From assembly GCA_053919585.1 (NCBI GenBank), contig CM132806.1: DNA of 64,000 nucleotides, one strand, 5' to 3'. A program made the position numbers and the translations under genes. Below, one piece after another: positions 42,391-53,327 of this stretch. The notes beneath the pieces are model-generated. The model saw only the letters and a program-made list of their open reading frames with translations, had not been told where the DNA came from and did no database searches. The number at the start of each line of letters is the position of its first letter. Position 1 is the first letter of the stretch. Source of the DNA: Euprymna scolopes. Taxonomy: Eukaryota.

Positions 42391-42439
42391 CAACAATACT
42401 TAATTGTAGGATATATATAGTTTTTTTATAGGAGCATTT

Positions 42440-43510
42440 GCCAGTAAACTTAGAACCGAGTACACTATTTCTTATCCTAACACCTTCTACATATTCACTT
42501 CCGAAATATTTCTCTCACTATATATATACATTCTGCTCTACATAACACTGTTAGATTATGGTGTACAGACCCTTGCTCGATATTTAATACCTGATAACCA
42601 GCATCTTTAGAGAGCTCAATAGCTAAACACCAGAGTAGTGATATGTGTCCAGATGTGTTTGGATATTCCATGGTAAATCTAATATGTGGCTCAGCGTTTT
42701 CGAAGTCAATGAATAGTTTATTCGCTTCTGTACGAGAAGATGTTAAGATGAAAATGTCATTTATATGTCTCGGGAAGAAGATGTCGGATTGGTAATTATG
42801 TAGTGCGTGCTGTTCCTTTCACGTATGTTATAGCTAGAAATCCGGATAGGCTGGATCCCATGGGAAGTCATGAGATCTGCTTATATGTTTTTTTTTGTTT
42901 TAATTTGAAGTGTTTATTCTCTACAATTATGCTTATGTTGTTAAATGTATTCGCTGATGAGGTAAAAACAGTATAGATTGTTATACGAGAGGTATTCTGT
43001 GATTAGTGCGAAAGCTTTGTGTGTAGGTACTGATGTGTAGAGAGAGACAACATCTAGCCGTATCTGGTATGTTTAAGATGCTGGTTTCGTGATGATTGTA
43101 GTCAATGTATGATTTCCTCAGGTTTGTTAACGTGACCTGGATAGGTGGAAAGCAGGAGTTTGAGTATCTGTGATAGTAGCCAGGATATTTTGTATAGTGA
43201 TCTTTCTATGCTTGAAACGATCGGTCTGATTTGTGTAGATAGGTTGATTTTGTGCGTCTTATTAATTGGTAAAACCTGGGAAAGTTGCTGTTTCTTGTAA
43301 GAATATTTCACATGTATTTATTGGGAGTGTTCCTTTTTTTTGCATATTGATGTCCAGGCTGTATTGATACGATCTTCTATATCTGTGGAGGAGATTTTTT
43401 TTGGTGGGAGAATATACTGATTCGTTGCAAATGTGTTCTAATTATAGGGGTTCATATGTATTTTAGTTGAAAATGCAGAATTTGTCCCTTTGTCTGAGGG
43501 TAGGAATATT
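42440..43510 (-). mobile_element. Penelope-like RT remnant
   Basis: KTHK..IRPIVSSI..YKISW, LDVVSLYTSVP, PMGSSLSGFL, PRHINDIF. Confidence 0.75.
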
Positions 43511-44111
43511 AGTTATTTTTTTATCTTTTATTTTACAATAGATAAAAAATAAAATAAAATAAAAATAAAATAAATAAATGACCTTCTTCTATACTAATAT
43601 ATATTCATTTCTATTAGATTACATTATATAATTTAAACAAAAATACAAAAGTACTTCCTTTTTAAAAGTAAAAAAAAATGTCATAACCTCCCCTTAACAA
43701 TTTACGAAATTTTCAAACTTAAAAATACAGCGTTCAGAACCAAAGTTTAAACATAACGACCCCTTGAGTTAAATCAAAGTCGATAGCATAAAGAATGGAT
43801 GTACATTTCTATGCTAAAAAATGACAGATGCTTTCAAAAATAGTTTTTGGAGTAAATACTATCTACAGTTGAAAAAATATCATCTATAATTAAGTAANNN
43901 NNNNNNNNNNNNNNNNNNNNNNNNNNNNNNNNNNNNNNNNNNNNNNNNNNNNNNNNNNNNNNNNNNNNNNNNNNNNNNNNNNNNNNNNNNNNNNNNNNNN
44001 NNNNNNNNNNNNNNNNNNNNNNNNNNNNNNNNNNNNNNNNNNNNNNNNNNNNNNNNNNNNNNNACTATATAATTCCTGAATTAAGAAGCCTTAAAAGCAC
44101 CTTTTACAGGG

Positions 44112-44172
<61 letters not shown>

Positions 44173-44914
44173 CTTACCTTACGTAACCATTGCTTCTGTA
44201 ACAATTCAGTTGAATAAAGTCTTAAAAATTTTTATTTTTGCGTTTTGTCTCTCTTAGCAAAACAGATTCGCAGATGGTTGGATAAATTTTGTAACTCTAT
44301 TTAATCTTATCACAGCAACTTTCGATTGCCGCATGTCTATTTTCAGTTGATTGAGTGTTTTCCATTAGAGTCAAAGTGCCTTCTGACAGAAAGATCATAA
44401 AGAGAAAATTCCGTTGTCAGTAAAATTGGAGATTTTCTAACCATCTGGTTAAGTCTGGTCTATTTGTGAAAACCAAACACTTGTTACCCCGGCTCGAAAA
44501 CATCGCCATTATTTTTCCTCCTTTATCTTCTTTTTTAGCCGTACTGTCCTGTCTCACATTGCCGGCAGTAGAGAGAGCTCACACCTGTTTGCAGGTGTAA
44601 ATATATAATGAAATAATTATAAATTAATTCAACGTTTCCTGATTTAATTTTTGTTTAGCACGGGGCGTGGGATCACACCATAAATGTTTCACAAGTAATC
44701 TATTTATATTACATGAGGTGTGAAACAGCTGGGATATAATAGTCAATCCAAAAATGTCTTTATATCGCTTACATTGGCTGTTACCTTTTGGATTATAAGT
44801 AGTAGGGTTTCTAGATCCAATCTCAACCCGTAGCAGGAATTGTTTGAATTCTCTGGAAATGAACGATAGTTAATTATTAGAGTAAAAAATCAATTAAAAC
44901 ATACCTTTTCTATT

Positions 44915-45485
44915 TAAAGTGGGATTACACTGGATCCTGCTTATCCTGGAGAGATGCTGCTCAAAGCACCCTATCCTGACGTGACAGTGTTCAGAACCAG
45001 CTTGGATGTCCTGTTTCTTCTCGCTTCAACTATTTTCCCACAGTATATACGTTGCGAGCCTGTCTCTGATATAGTGCAATTTTCATGGCGAATGGTCCTC
45101 CGACCTTCATTAAATGTCTCCCTACCAAACTTTCTAAAAAAAAACTCGGCAAGCTAAAACCACTATCAACAATTTCGGTTACTTTCTATCAGTGGCTAAA
45201 TCTAAATATAACGTCTATGAATAAAGCGTATTCTTATAACTAGCAGCATGTAGAGCTCTGTTGCCCTGATCTGCTTCAAGCTGATTAAAACATGCTTGTC
45301 TTCATGTCGAATGTAAATAAGTTATTCCTACTGTGCCGCTCTAAATCGTAAAATACTGCAAAATTCCCACTAAAATCGATCACTAAGCTGCTCTCTCACT
45401 GATCATCTTACACTCAGTAACCATTATCCTCGAGTGTCCTACGAGCGTTGATATTTGGTGACTCGAAAATCCACACGGAATTTTA
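44915..45485 (+). mobile_element. CR1-group LINE 3' fragment (second family)
   Basis: C-terminal ORF remnant plus 3'UTR TAACCATTATCCTCGAGTG. Confidence 0.65.
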
Positions 45486-46009
45486 GAAGAAACTCTTTAT
45501 TTTATCCACATTCCCTCAGCCACGACCGGGTAGAAGTCCTAAAAAATCGCTATTGTATTATTAGTGTCGCTCAAACTGAAGATTTATCTTTCATACGAGA
45601 GACAAGTGTAACTGACAAGTGCATTTAATCAAGTGTTTCCTTCTAGACAATTTAATATGAATTTTAAGAGCCATTGACCTAATTTTTTTAGTACAATATT
45701 ACTACTTAATATTATACACAACTACGTAAATATTGCGAATTACTTGACATTTCTATTCGGATCGAGATAACACAATTCTCGTTGATTAAATAAATACTCC
45801 CGTTTGAAATCTCAGACTTATTACAAAATTCAACACAATAAATATACTAAATGGTCAGGGGTTACATCAGCCGAAACCTTGCGTGAATAATCTTCAATAA
45901 TCGCAGTAGTTTGACTCATCTATGAGAATAACAGTTCCAAAATTCATATGGATTATCTTTATATCACTACCGAAAGAACATTAAGTTTTACAGATTATTC
46001 CTAGTTTTC

Positions 46010-46026
46010 TTATTACTATTAGTGTA
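46010..46026 (+). repeat. Left copy of 17-bp target-site duplication TTATTACTATTAGTGTA
   Basis: Identical 17-mer at 54649-54665. Confidence 0.85.
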
Positions 46027-46184
46027 CCTATTTACTATGACTCCCCCACGGGACAGAGTTAGACACCAGGGCCGTTTTTTAACGTGGAGAAAAGGTACAA
46101 AAATAAAAATTGTCTCAGTCGTGAAGGATTTCTCCTCCACCGAAAGAGAACAAGAAAATGAAGTGCAGCATCTGAAGAACAGAT
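46027..46184 (-). mobile_element. Short retroelement, subtype C (diverged, outermost/founder body)
   Basis: Begins ATCTGTTCTTCAGATGCTGCAC. Diverged tail CGGCCCTGGTGTCTAACTCTGTCCCGTGGGGGAGTC abuts the left TSD. Confidence 0.7.
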
Positions 46185-46392
46185 GGTATTTATTTGCTCT
46201 CCCACCGAGCAAATTAGGCACACGGCCGATTTTTAATGTGAGGAGTGACGGGAGGGGGAAGAGAAAAAGGGGACCAGCTTCCGAGAGGTGGGAAATGGGA
46301 GCTGGTTAAAGGTCAGGCATGTGGGGTTGCCCCCACATCTGGTCTTTGCTAGTCATAGCTAGTCATGGCTTGCAGTATCTGCCGGAACAGAT
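46185..46392 (-). mobile_element. Short retroelement, subtype B copy 2
   Basis: Tandem near-identical copy of 46393-46590. Begins ATCTGTTC and ends AATAAATACC. Confidence 0.8.
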
Positions 46393-46607
46393 GGTATTTA
46401 TTTGCTCCCCCACCGAGCAAATTAGACACAAGGCCGATTTTTAATGTGAGGAGTGAAGGGAGGGGGAAGGGGAAAAGGGGACCAGCTCCCGAGAGGTGGG
46501 AAATGGGAGCTGGTTAAAGGTCAGACATGTGGGGTTGCCCCCACATCTGGTCTTTGCTAGTCATAGCTTGCAGTATCTGCCGGAACAGATACTACACTTT
46601 GATCTTG
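46393..46607 (-). mobile_element. U2-headed short retroelement, subtype B copy 1 (partial head)
   Basis: CAAGATCAAAGTGTAGTATCTGTTCCGGCAGATACTGCA, then a different body, then the same AATAAATACC tail. Confidence 0.8.
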
Positions 46608-47417
46608 TTTATATATTTTATTGAGAAAGAAAAAATTGAACATAAAAAACGTACAAAAAATTCAATTCAACAAAATTAGGCACAAGGCCCTACAAGAAAT
46701 TGGGAGGGGGAGGGTACAGGGTCTTTTTGACTACGTAACAGATGAGACTTTGAAGTCTTACTCTTGACTGGCAACATTTACCAAAATACCTCAATCACTC
46801 TGTGGATCCTAATCTAACTAATAACCCCAGCGTTCAATGTAAAATTTAACTATGTACAATTTGTATATTCATTTCTGTATGTTGTGTGTGCATTTTTTTT
46901 TTTTTTTTTTTTTTGTGTGTATGTGTACGAAAATAAAGTTCGATTTCATTAGAAAGAGTTCTTGAATTCATTGGCATAAAATGTTCGTGGAGTGGGAAAA
47001 AACTAATGAAAATGTTCATTTCAAAAAAAAAAGGAAAAAACTACTAATGTGTTGTTAGTAAGACCCCCCTGTACTATTCTATGTGGCTAGATCCCCCACT
47101 GTTTTCCGGGGAACCGAAAACAAGCAGAGCATCCCTAATGGGGTTTGGGGAAGTCGCCTTAATGGAGGTGGGAGAAAATAAAGCAACGGATGGAGGGGGT
47201 AGGAAGGTGACCTCTGAGTAGGGGGATGACCGGGGGCATCCGAAAATAAAGATGAGGAGCAGGGGGGTTGGGCAGACTCAGAGGTTCTCTAATACCAAAA
47301 AATAAAATCAGGAACAGGATCTCATTTGTACCACCAGTCAAGAGTTACTTTACTGAACTTATAATGCTAACCTAGGCGGGATGGGTTCCGTAGGACCCAG
47401 CACCGCCCATGCCATGC

Positions 47418-49890
47418 CTAAGGAGGGAACACGTATTGAAACTTGGCTCCTCGACGGATGCACAAACTAGTGCTGTGCACCCACCTCTTGTCAAATTCCA
47501 CTCTAGGCAACCTCTTCCAATCGCATCTGATCTTTACTTTAAGCAAATGTTTAAAGTAAACGATCAGATCCCGATCAGGAACAGATGTCCCTTCGTGGAC
47601 CAACTTGAGGCGCGTGATCCAAATGGTCATACGCGCTACTGCTAGGATCGCCAGGAAAACCAAACTTTCCTCCCTGGGGAACGGCGGCTCCATGTTGTAC
47701 ACAAAAGTTCCTACGTCGAGATCGAGCAGACACTCGGCATCGATGCAAGCTGTTACCCCCTCGACGTACCTTAATAGGGGCTGTATCCGGCTGCAACTAA
47801 AAAACGCGTGCTCGATTGTTTCGGGCTCGCGTTCGTCACAGCACAGACAGAAGCGGCTGGTATGTTCTTTATACCGGAAAAGTACGTCGAAGAGGGGCAG
47901 CGCATTTCGGACCAGTCGCCAAGTCAGGGAGAATTCCGAGTTATTCAGAATCTCCCGTCCCAGCGCCCAACGCCATTGAGAACGGACAACCTCCATCGAC
48001 CATCCCATCCGCCTACAAAGTGGATCCTTCGCGGTCCCCTCCACTAAATCCCGATACAGTTTCTTCCTTGGCTGATCGAGGACATTGGTCCCCGGCAAGG
48101 CTCTAAGAGCGGTTCGGCATTCGGAGAAGAACTTGGACTCCCCCTTCGGTCTACGACGACCTTCTACCGAAGGGTTGGGTTTGAGATTGGGAAACGAGTT
48201 CTCAACCACAGGGACCCAAGGAGCGTCTCCTTCAAGCGAACGACCCAGGAAAGCCAATCTCTCGGCGTTTCTATGACACAAGAGACTGGGCTGACCCAGG
48301 CCTCCCTCGCTCGGATTTTGAACACAGACCTCTCTGCAGACATAATGCTTACCCTCGTTCCACAAAAGTGAATCGAGGCGCCCTTGTAAGCGGGTTAGTC
48401 GTTCTGCAGGGAGAGGAAGTACAGACAAACGGTAAAGGATGAGCGGAAAGACGTATGTAGCACACGCCTCCGCCCGACCCTTCAAGGACAATTTCCTTCC
48501 AATCCAAGTCTTTACTGACGATTTGACCTTAGACCGTACTTCCGACCAATTCTTTTCCAGATGAAGTCCCGGTCCAAACCAGACACCGAGAATGCGGACC
48601 GGTCCATCGGTCCAGCTGAAAATACCTGGAAGCGAGTTTACCCCGGTCCAGGCCCCCAACCGCAGGCCAACAGACTTGCTACGGTTGAAGATGGCCCCTG
48701 TTACTTCTTCGTATCGAGCGAGCGCCTCGACCACCGCTTGAACGTCCGTGAGGCAAGACACGAACACGGTGACGTCATCGGCGAACGCGGAAACCCTGGC
48801 TCGTGTGCCTCCAGGGAGAGCTATTCCGCGCAGGACTGGTGTAGCCGCCTCGTCCCTTAACTTGCGAAGGAGGGGTTCCAACGCCAGGACATACAACAGA
48901 GGCGACAGCGGACAACCCTGTCGCACCGACCGAGAGACAGCGAATGACTCCGACAGCTTACCGTTGATCTGCACCGCTACCGTCGGCCTGTCATACAGAA
49001 CAAAGATCCACTTGCGGAAGTCCGGATTAAATCCGGCGGCCTCTAGCACAGATCCTAGGAACCGATGGTCGACCCTATCGAATGCCTTGGACTGATCCAA
49101 ACTGATCAGCGCGGCTTCGGCGTCGTCTTCTGTCCCCTCTATGATCGAGCGTATCAAGTGCAAATTGTCTTGAATCGATCTCCCCTTCACAGCATAAGTC
49201 TGGTCCGGTTCGATCAAGTCAGTGATGACAACCTGCAAGCGATTCGCAAGAATCTTTGCCAAAATCTTTAACTCTGTGTTTAGCAGAGTCAAGGGCCTAA
49301 AATCATCAAAGTTTTCCCTCCCACCATGCCGTTGACCTTTCCTCAGCAATGTGATCACACCTTTGGTCACCTGTCCAGGGATGGAACCCTGGGCAAACCA
49401 ATGGTTGAACATATCCTTCAGAATAGGGACCAACATGGGCGACAGCCTCAAGTAAAACTCGTAGGGTAGACCATCAAGCCCCGGGGATTTGTTATAGCCG
49501 ACCTGCTTCAACGCAGTAATAACCTCATGTTCAGTAATAAGACCATCACAGCTAGCCGCCCGAGCCGCCGTGAGGCGGGGCGAGTCAGCCAAATAGCTGC
49601 CAAACTCATCAACCCTGAGTCCGGGTAGTTGGGTGAAGCGCACCGATAGATGCTCCCGAAACCCCTCGCAGATCTCCCGAGTCGATACTAAGGGGTGTCC
49701 TTCCAGGTTATGTACTTTACGAATGTACCCATCCGAACCGCGCCTTAAAGCAGCCTTACGCTCAACAGCGTCAACATTCACAGCCTCGTTAGAAACTTTG
49801 TTTAACCTAGCCCTAACTACTTGACCTTCATACCGCTCGCTAGCCAAGCGGTTGAGATCTTGTTTAGCTAGTGCTAACTCTAGGGGGTCC
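47418..49890 (-). CDS. LINE ORF2 C-terminal part: reverse transcriptase + C-terminal CCHC finger
   Basis: Motifs KSPGLDG, FRPLTLLN, LDQSKAFDRV, RQGCPLSP, AFADD, CLCCDEREPETIEHAFFSC. Joins the APE frame if one base is removed from the G6/C5 run near 49882-49894. Confidence 0.9.
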
Positions 49891-50847
49891 CCCCTCCACC
49901 GCCCGGGTCAGCTTATCCTCTGAACGCTTCTTTGCCTTAGCCTTATCTATCGCGAGGCGTTGGCTATACTGGACAGAGAAGCGCCTAATTTTGGCCTTGA
50001 GACTAACCCACCACTTACTCCCTGTAACCGCCCCCACTAAAGCCCGCTGAATTAGCTCAGTGACCTTCAACCGGTAGTCCTCCAGCTCCAACAAGGTGCT
50101 GTTGAACTTCCAGTATCCGGCCAGTTTAGGCCTAGCACTTAAGTTCAAACGGGCCATAACAAGTTTATGGTCCGAGTGTCCTAGCAAGTGGAACGTGGGG
50201 CAAGATAGGAAGTCTACATCGCCTCTTCTAACTAACATCCGATCCAAGTAAGTGCTTGGATGGGAAGGCACTACAGGATGCCACGTCCACATCTCCCGCC
50301 CCGGATGATCCAGACGAAATCTGTCGACGAGATCGCACGAGGCCATCAGGTCAGACAGACTGCTGTCACACCACGCCGACCCGCTAGTCCCCCCGACCTT
50401 ATCTATTTTGGGATCAAGGATTGCATTCCAATCCCCCATTAAAACTAACCGTTCCGGATCCACTAAGAAGCCCTCCAACCGTCGAAAAAAGGTTGCCCTC
50501 TCTACAGCAGCATTCGGAGCATAAACAGCAACAATCCGAAAAACACTACAATTAACAGCAACATCAACAACAAGCGCCCGCCCGTCCTCGCCTGCGTGAA
50601 CAACATTCACCGACGCTGACAGGGTGCGACTCACTAGCAAGGAGATTCCACGACTATAGGTATTGCCATATGCTGAGTAGACATCGTAATCGTTTACCAG
50701 CACCTGACAATCCCCGTCACAAACAAAGTGGGTCTCCTGGATAGCGGCAATATCTACCTTGAGGGACACCAAGTCTCTCACAACGCGCGAGGCCTTGCTT
50801 CGACACCTGATGCCCCTCACATTCAATGTAGCCAAGTTCAAAGACAT
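49864..50847 (-). CDS. LINE ORF2 N-terminal part: apurinic-like (APE) endonuclease
   Basis: Motifs TLNVRG, IQETH, VYAPN, MGDWN, YLDR, SDH, then YWKFNSTLL typical of Tx1/L1. ATG at 50845-50847. Separated from RT by one frameshift. Confidence 0.9.
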   Translation of the reverse strand: MSLNLATLNVRGIRCRSKASRVVRDLVSLKVDIAAIQETHFVCDGDCQVLVNDYDVYSAYGNTYSRGISLLVSRTLSASVNVVHAGEDGRALVVDVAVNCSVFRIVAVYAPNAAVERATFFRRLEGFLVDPERLVLMGDWNAILDPKIDKVGGTSGSAWCDSSLSDLMASCDLVDRFRLDHPGREMWTWHPVVPSHPSTYLDRMLVRRGDVDFLSCPTFHLLGHSDHKLVMARLNLSARPKLAGYWKFNSTLLELEDYRLKVTELIQRALVGAVTGSKWWVSLKAKIRRFSVQYSQRLAIDKAKAKKRSEDKLTRAVEGGPPRVSTS

Positions 50848-50858
50848 GATCACTTACC

Positions 50859-53327
50859 TCAAGCACTGTCACAGACGGGTCTGAAATCCTGGGCAGTGAG
50901 GACATGGCAGGCCTGGCCAAGGCTGCCGGTAAGTAAATCCGATGAAGGTGATCCATCCTTGGCCACGCCCCCCACGTCCAGGGGGAAGGTTAGTTTGAGT
51001 GCCCTGTATAGCGATGGGTGTACATACATGGGGATTCTACCCTCACATTTAAAGAAAATGTTGGTCAGTGAAGGATGGTCCCTATCCACCAGCTGCTGGC
51101 CTGGGATCGCATTCTTCGCTGCCTTAATCATTGCCCACATTCCTCCAGTCCTAGCGTCCTTGTCGACCCTAACGAAAGTGGTCAACAAGGGAGCGTCCTT
51201 GAATTTAGTGGGGTCTGTTACTAGGTCTCCACCGACTTTTTCAAAGTTTTTAAGTTTATTGTACCGGACCTTCTGTTGTCCTTTAAGGTCCGGAGCCGGT
51301 TGGAGAGGGTCTGTTTCACAAATCCTGCTTCCTGGCAGGAAGGGGAGCTTTTTGGTCCGTTCAGTGCGGACTTTGGGAGTGGGGGAGGGGACCTCTTTTG
51401 GTTGATGGGGAGGCTGAGTGCTTGGGGAGGGGGTAGCCTGCTCGTTTTCTTCTTTTTGGCTCCTGTCACGGGATGAGGGGCGGGAAGAGTTTCTTGGGGC
51501 CTTTATAGGAGAGGGGGAAGGTTGTTCGGGTTGCTGGGGTGTTGGGATCACAGGGGGCTCATCCTGTGTTGTTGTTGCGAGGGAGTCCTTCCCAGTCTCA
51601 GTGGGGGTAGGAGGGTTTGCGCGTGTCTTGCGGCTTTTCCTCCTCCTGGTCCTCCTGATCTCTGTTGCGCTCAGGGCCATAGAGACTGTTGTTGTCTCTT
51701 CCTCTGACGCGGCCTCCTCCTCAGATTCTGGTAGTTTCCTCTTGTTTGAGGAGGAGGGTGTCTGTGTGTCCATTTTCTCCGTCTCGCTCTTCGGTTGTTC
51801 TTGGTCTTGGGTGACTGTCTGCAAGGATGGCTGTTTGTTGATCTTGCCTTTCTTTACGACCGTCACCCAGCCTGTCGGTGCCTCTGGAGGATTTGCGGCC
51901 GGCGCGGGAGCAGCGGCTTGATTTGTTGTCACGCTTGTTCCCGCCGCTTTTGTGGGCTTCTTCCCTCCATTCCTCTTTGGACAGTCCTTCGCCATATGCC
52001 CTTGTTGTGTGCACAGCCAGCAATGAGGCCTCCTCCCTTCCACTATAAGGGAGAGTGTCCACTCTCCGAACTTGAGTGTGGCTGGGATGGCGTAGAATCC
52101 AGCCTTGTCCAGGACCATCTGTACTTTGTAGTCCCCGGTCATGATGTTTCTTAATCCGCGGACCGGGGTGACTTCCTCTACGTCTCCATACTGGCTTAGG
52201 ATAGCCCCCAGTTGTTTGGCCTCCATATAGCAGGGGACGTTTAGAGCAGAAACATTTGCTCTCCTCTTGTTCATATAGATGGGTTGGAGCTTTATGTTCC
52301 TGCTCTGATGGCAGGTTCTGGACAGCCTGACTGCGTCTTCGGAGGTGGGGAGCAGAACATCCCACTGTGCGTAACTCCTTCTACAGATGTAGTTGGCGGG
52401 AATGTTCTGCTCCAGCAACACGTTCATCATGGTGTCCTTGTTGACGCCCGTCAGACCCCTTGTCTTGGTGTCTGAAGTTATCAGCGAGAGCACTCTTTTC
52501 TCCAGAACTTCCACTTGACCCGGGAGGGGTTGGATGTTGTTCCCCTGGGTATACTCCTTGTAAGTGGAGTCGAAGAGTGCTCTGTAGTCTTCGGGCGTCA
52601 ACTTCCCTTGCTGCTCTTTGGGGCCCCATACCGGTCCTCCATCCTGGTGGGTGTCAGCTGGACTCGGGTTGGGGGGCGTAGCTGGTGTTGTGGGGCTCTC
52701 TCTTGTTATGGGCATTTTTGGTTTCGGAACTGGGCCGTTACTTGGCAAAGTGGGCCATTGTGTCTTTGGCGTTGTTTCGTCCTGGCTTGGTTTGCTTTCC
52801 GGGCCGCTCCCCTTTCTTATTTTCTTCCTTTGCTGGGTGGCTTTTCCCTTGGGGGATGGAGGTGTCTCCCCTTCTGGTGCCGTGTTCCCAGCTGGAGCCT
52901 TGGTGGGTACTGTCAAGGGTGTCTCTCCTTCCAGCTTGCTTTTGTTACCACTGGCCGGAGAGTCACCCCTTTTCCGTATTTGGTCCTCTTGGGGAGTGTT
53001 GGGGGGCCAATCACTGTCTTCCCCGCCGAATAGTGAGCAGATGGAGGCTATTACATCTTCATCCAGCGCCTCGGTTTGGTCCGCGGTGCTGTTTTCCTCC
53101 TTTTCTGTTGGGGAGTCGCCCTTTGGGGGAGCGGGGGATGGGTTCCCCGGTCTTCCTCCCTTGGTTCTGCCGTCCTGGGGTGCAGCTGGTTGGCTGGGTT
53201 CTGCACTTTCCCCAGCTAGTGACTTAACGGCAGCTTTTTCCGCTGGGTTGCCCTCGTGGGGAGCGGTTGCCGGTGCTTTTCGGGGGGTCGCCGCGGGCTG
53301 CGGCCCTACCCTCCCGCTTTCTTCCAA
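50859..53327 (-). CDS. LINE ORF1 protein (Pro/Thr-rich linkers, RRM-like region, zinc knuckle, extra C-terminal domain)
   Basis: 822-codon open frame with CWLCTQQGHMAKDC (CX2CX4HX4C), directly upstream of ORF2. The listed start codon is TTG, not ATG. Confidence 0.85.
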   Translation of the reverse strand: MEESGRVGPQPAATPRKAPATAPHEGNPAEKAAVKSLAGESAEPSQPAAPQDGRTKGGRPGNPSPAPPKGDSPTEKEENSTADQTEALDEDVIASICSLFGGEDSDWPPNTPQEDQIRKRGDSPASGNKSKLEGETPLTVPTKAPAGNTAPEGETPPSPKGKATQQRKKIRKGSGPESKPSQDETTPKTQWPTLPSNGPVPKPKMPITRESPTTPATPPNPSPADTHQDGGPVWGPKEQQGKLTPEDYRALFDSTYKEYTQGNNIQPLPGQVEVLEKRVLSLITSDTKTRGLTGVNKDTMMNVLLEQNIPANYICRRSYAQWDVLLPTSEDAVRLSRTCHQSRNIKLQPIYMNKRRANVSALNVPCYMEAKQLGAILSQYGDVEEVTPVRGLRNIMTGDYKVQMVLDKAGFYAIPATLKFGEWTLSLIVEGRRPHCWLCTQQGHMAKDCPKRNGGKKPTKAAGTSVTTNQAAAPAPAANPPEAPTGWVTVVKKGKINKQPSLQTVTQDQEQPKSETEKMDTQTPSSSNKRKLPESEEEAASEEETTTVSMALSATEIRRTRRRKSRKTRANPPTPTETGKDSLATTTQDEPPVIPTPQQPEQPSPSPIKAPRNSSRPSSRDRSQKEENEQATPSPSTQPPHQPKEVPSPTPKVRTERTKKLPFLPGSRICETDPLQPAPDLKGQQKVRYNKLKNFEKVGGDLVTDPTKFKDAPLLTTFVRVDKDARTGGMWAMIKAAKNAIPGQQLVDRDHPSLTNIFFKCEGRIPMYVHPSLYRALKLTFPLDVGGVAKDGSPSSDLLTGSLGQACHVLTAQDFRPVCDSA

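Larger units (their letters stand above)
2732..44063. other. Assembly gaps (N runs) at 2732-2862, 5766-5893, 7403-7545, 21742-21908, 35143-35326, 43898-44063
   Basis: Runs of N seen directly. Confidence 1.

Noticed and set aside
46010-46026. TSD as a cryptic U2-like target (shares AGTGTA)
   Set aside because: Only 6 nt, and in the opposite orientation to the elements.
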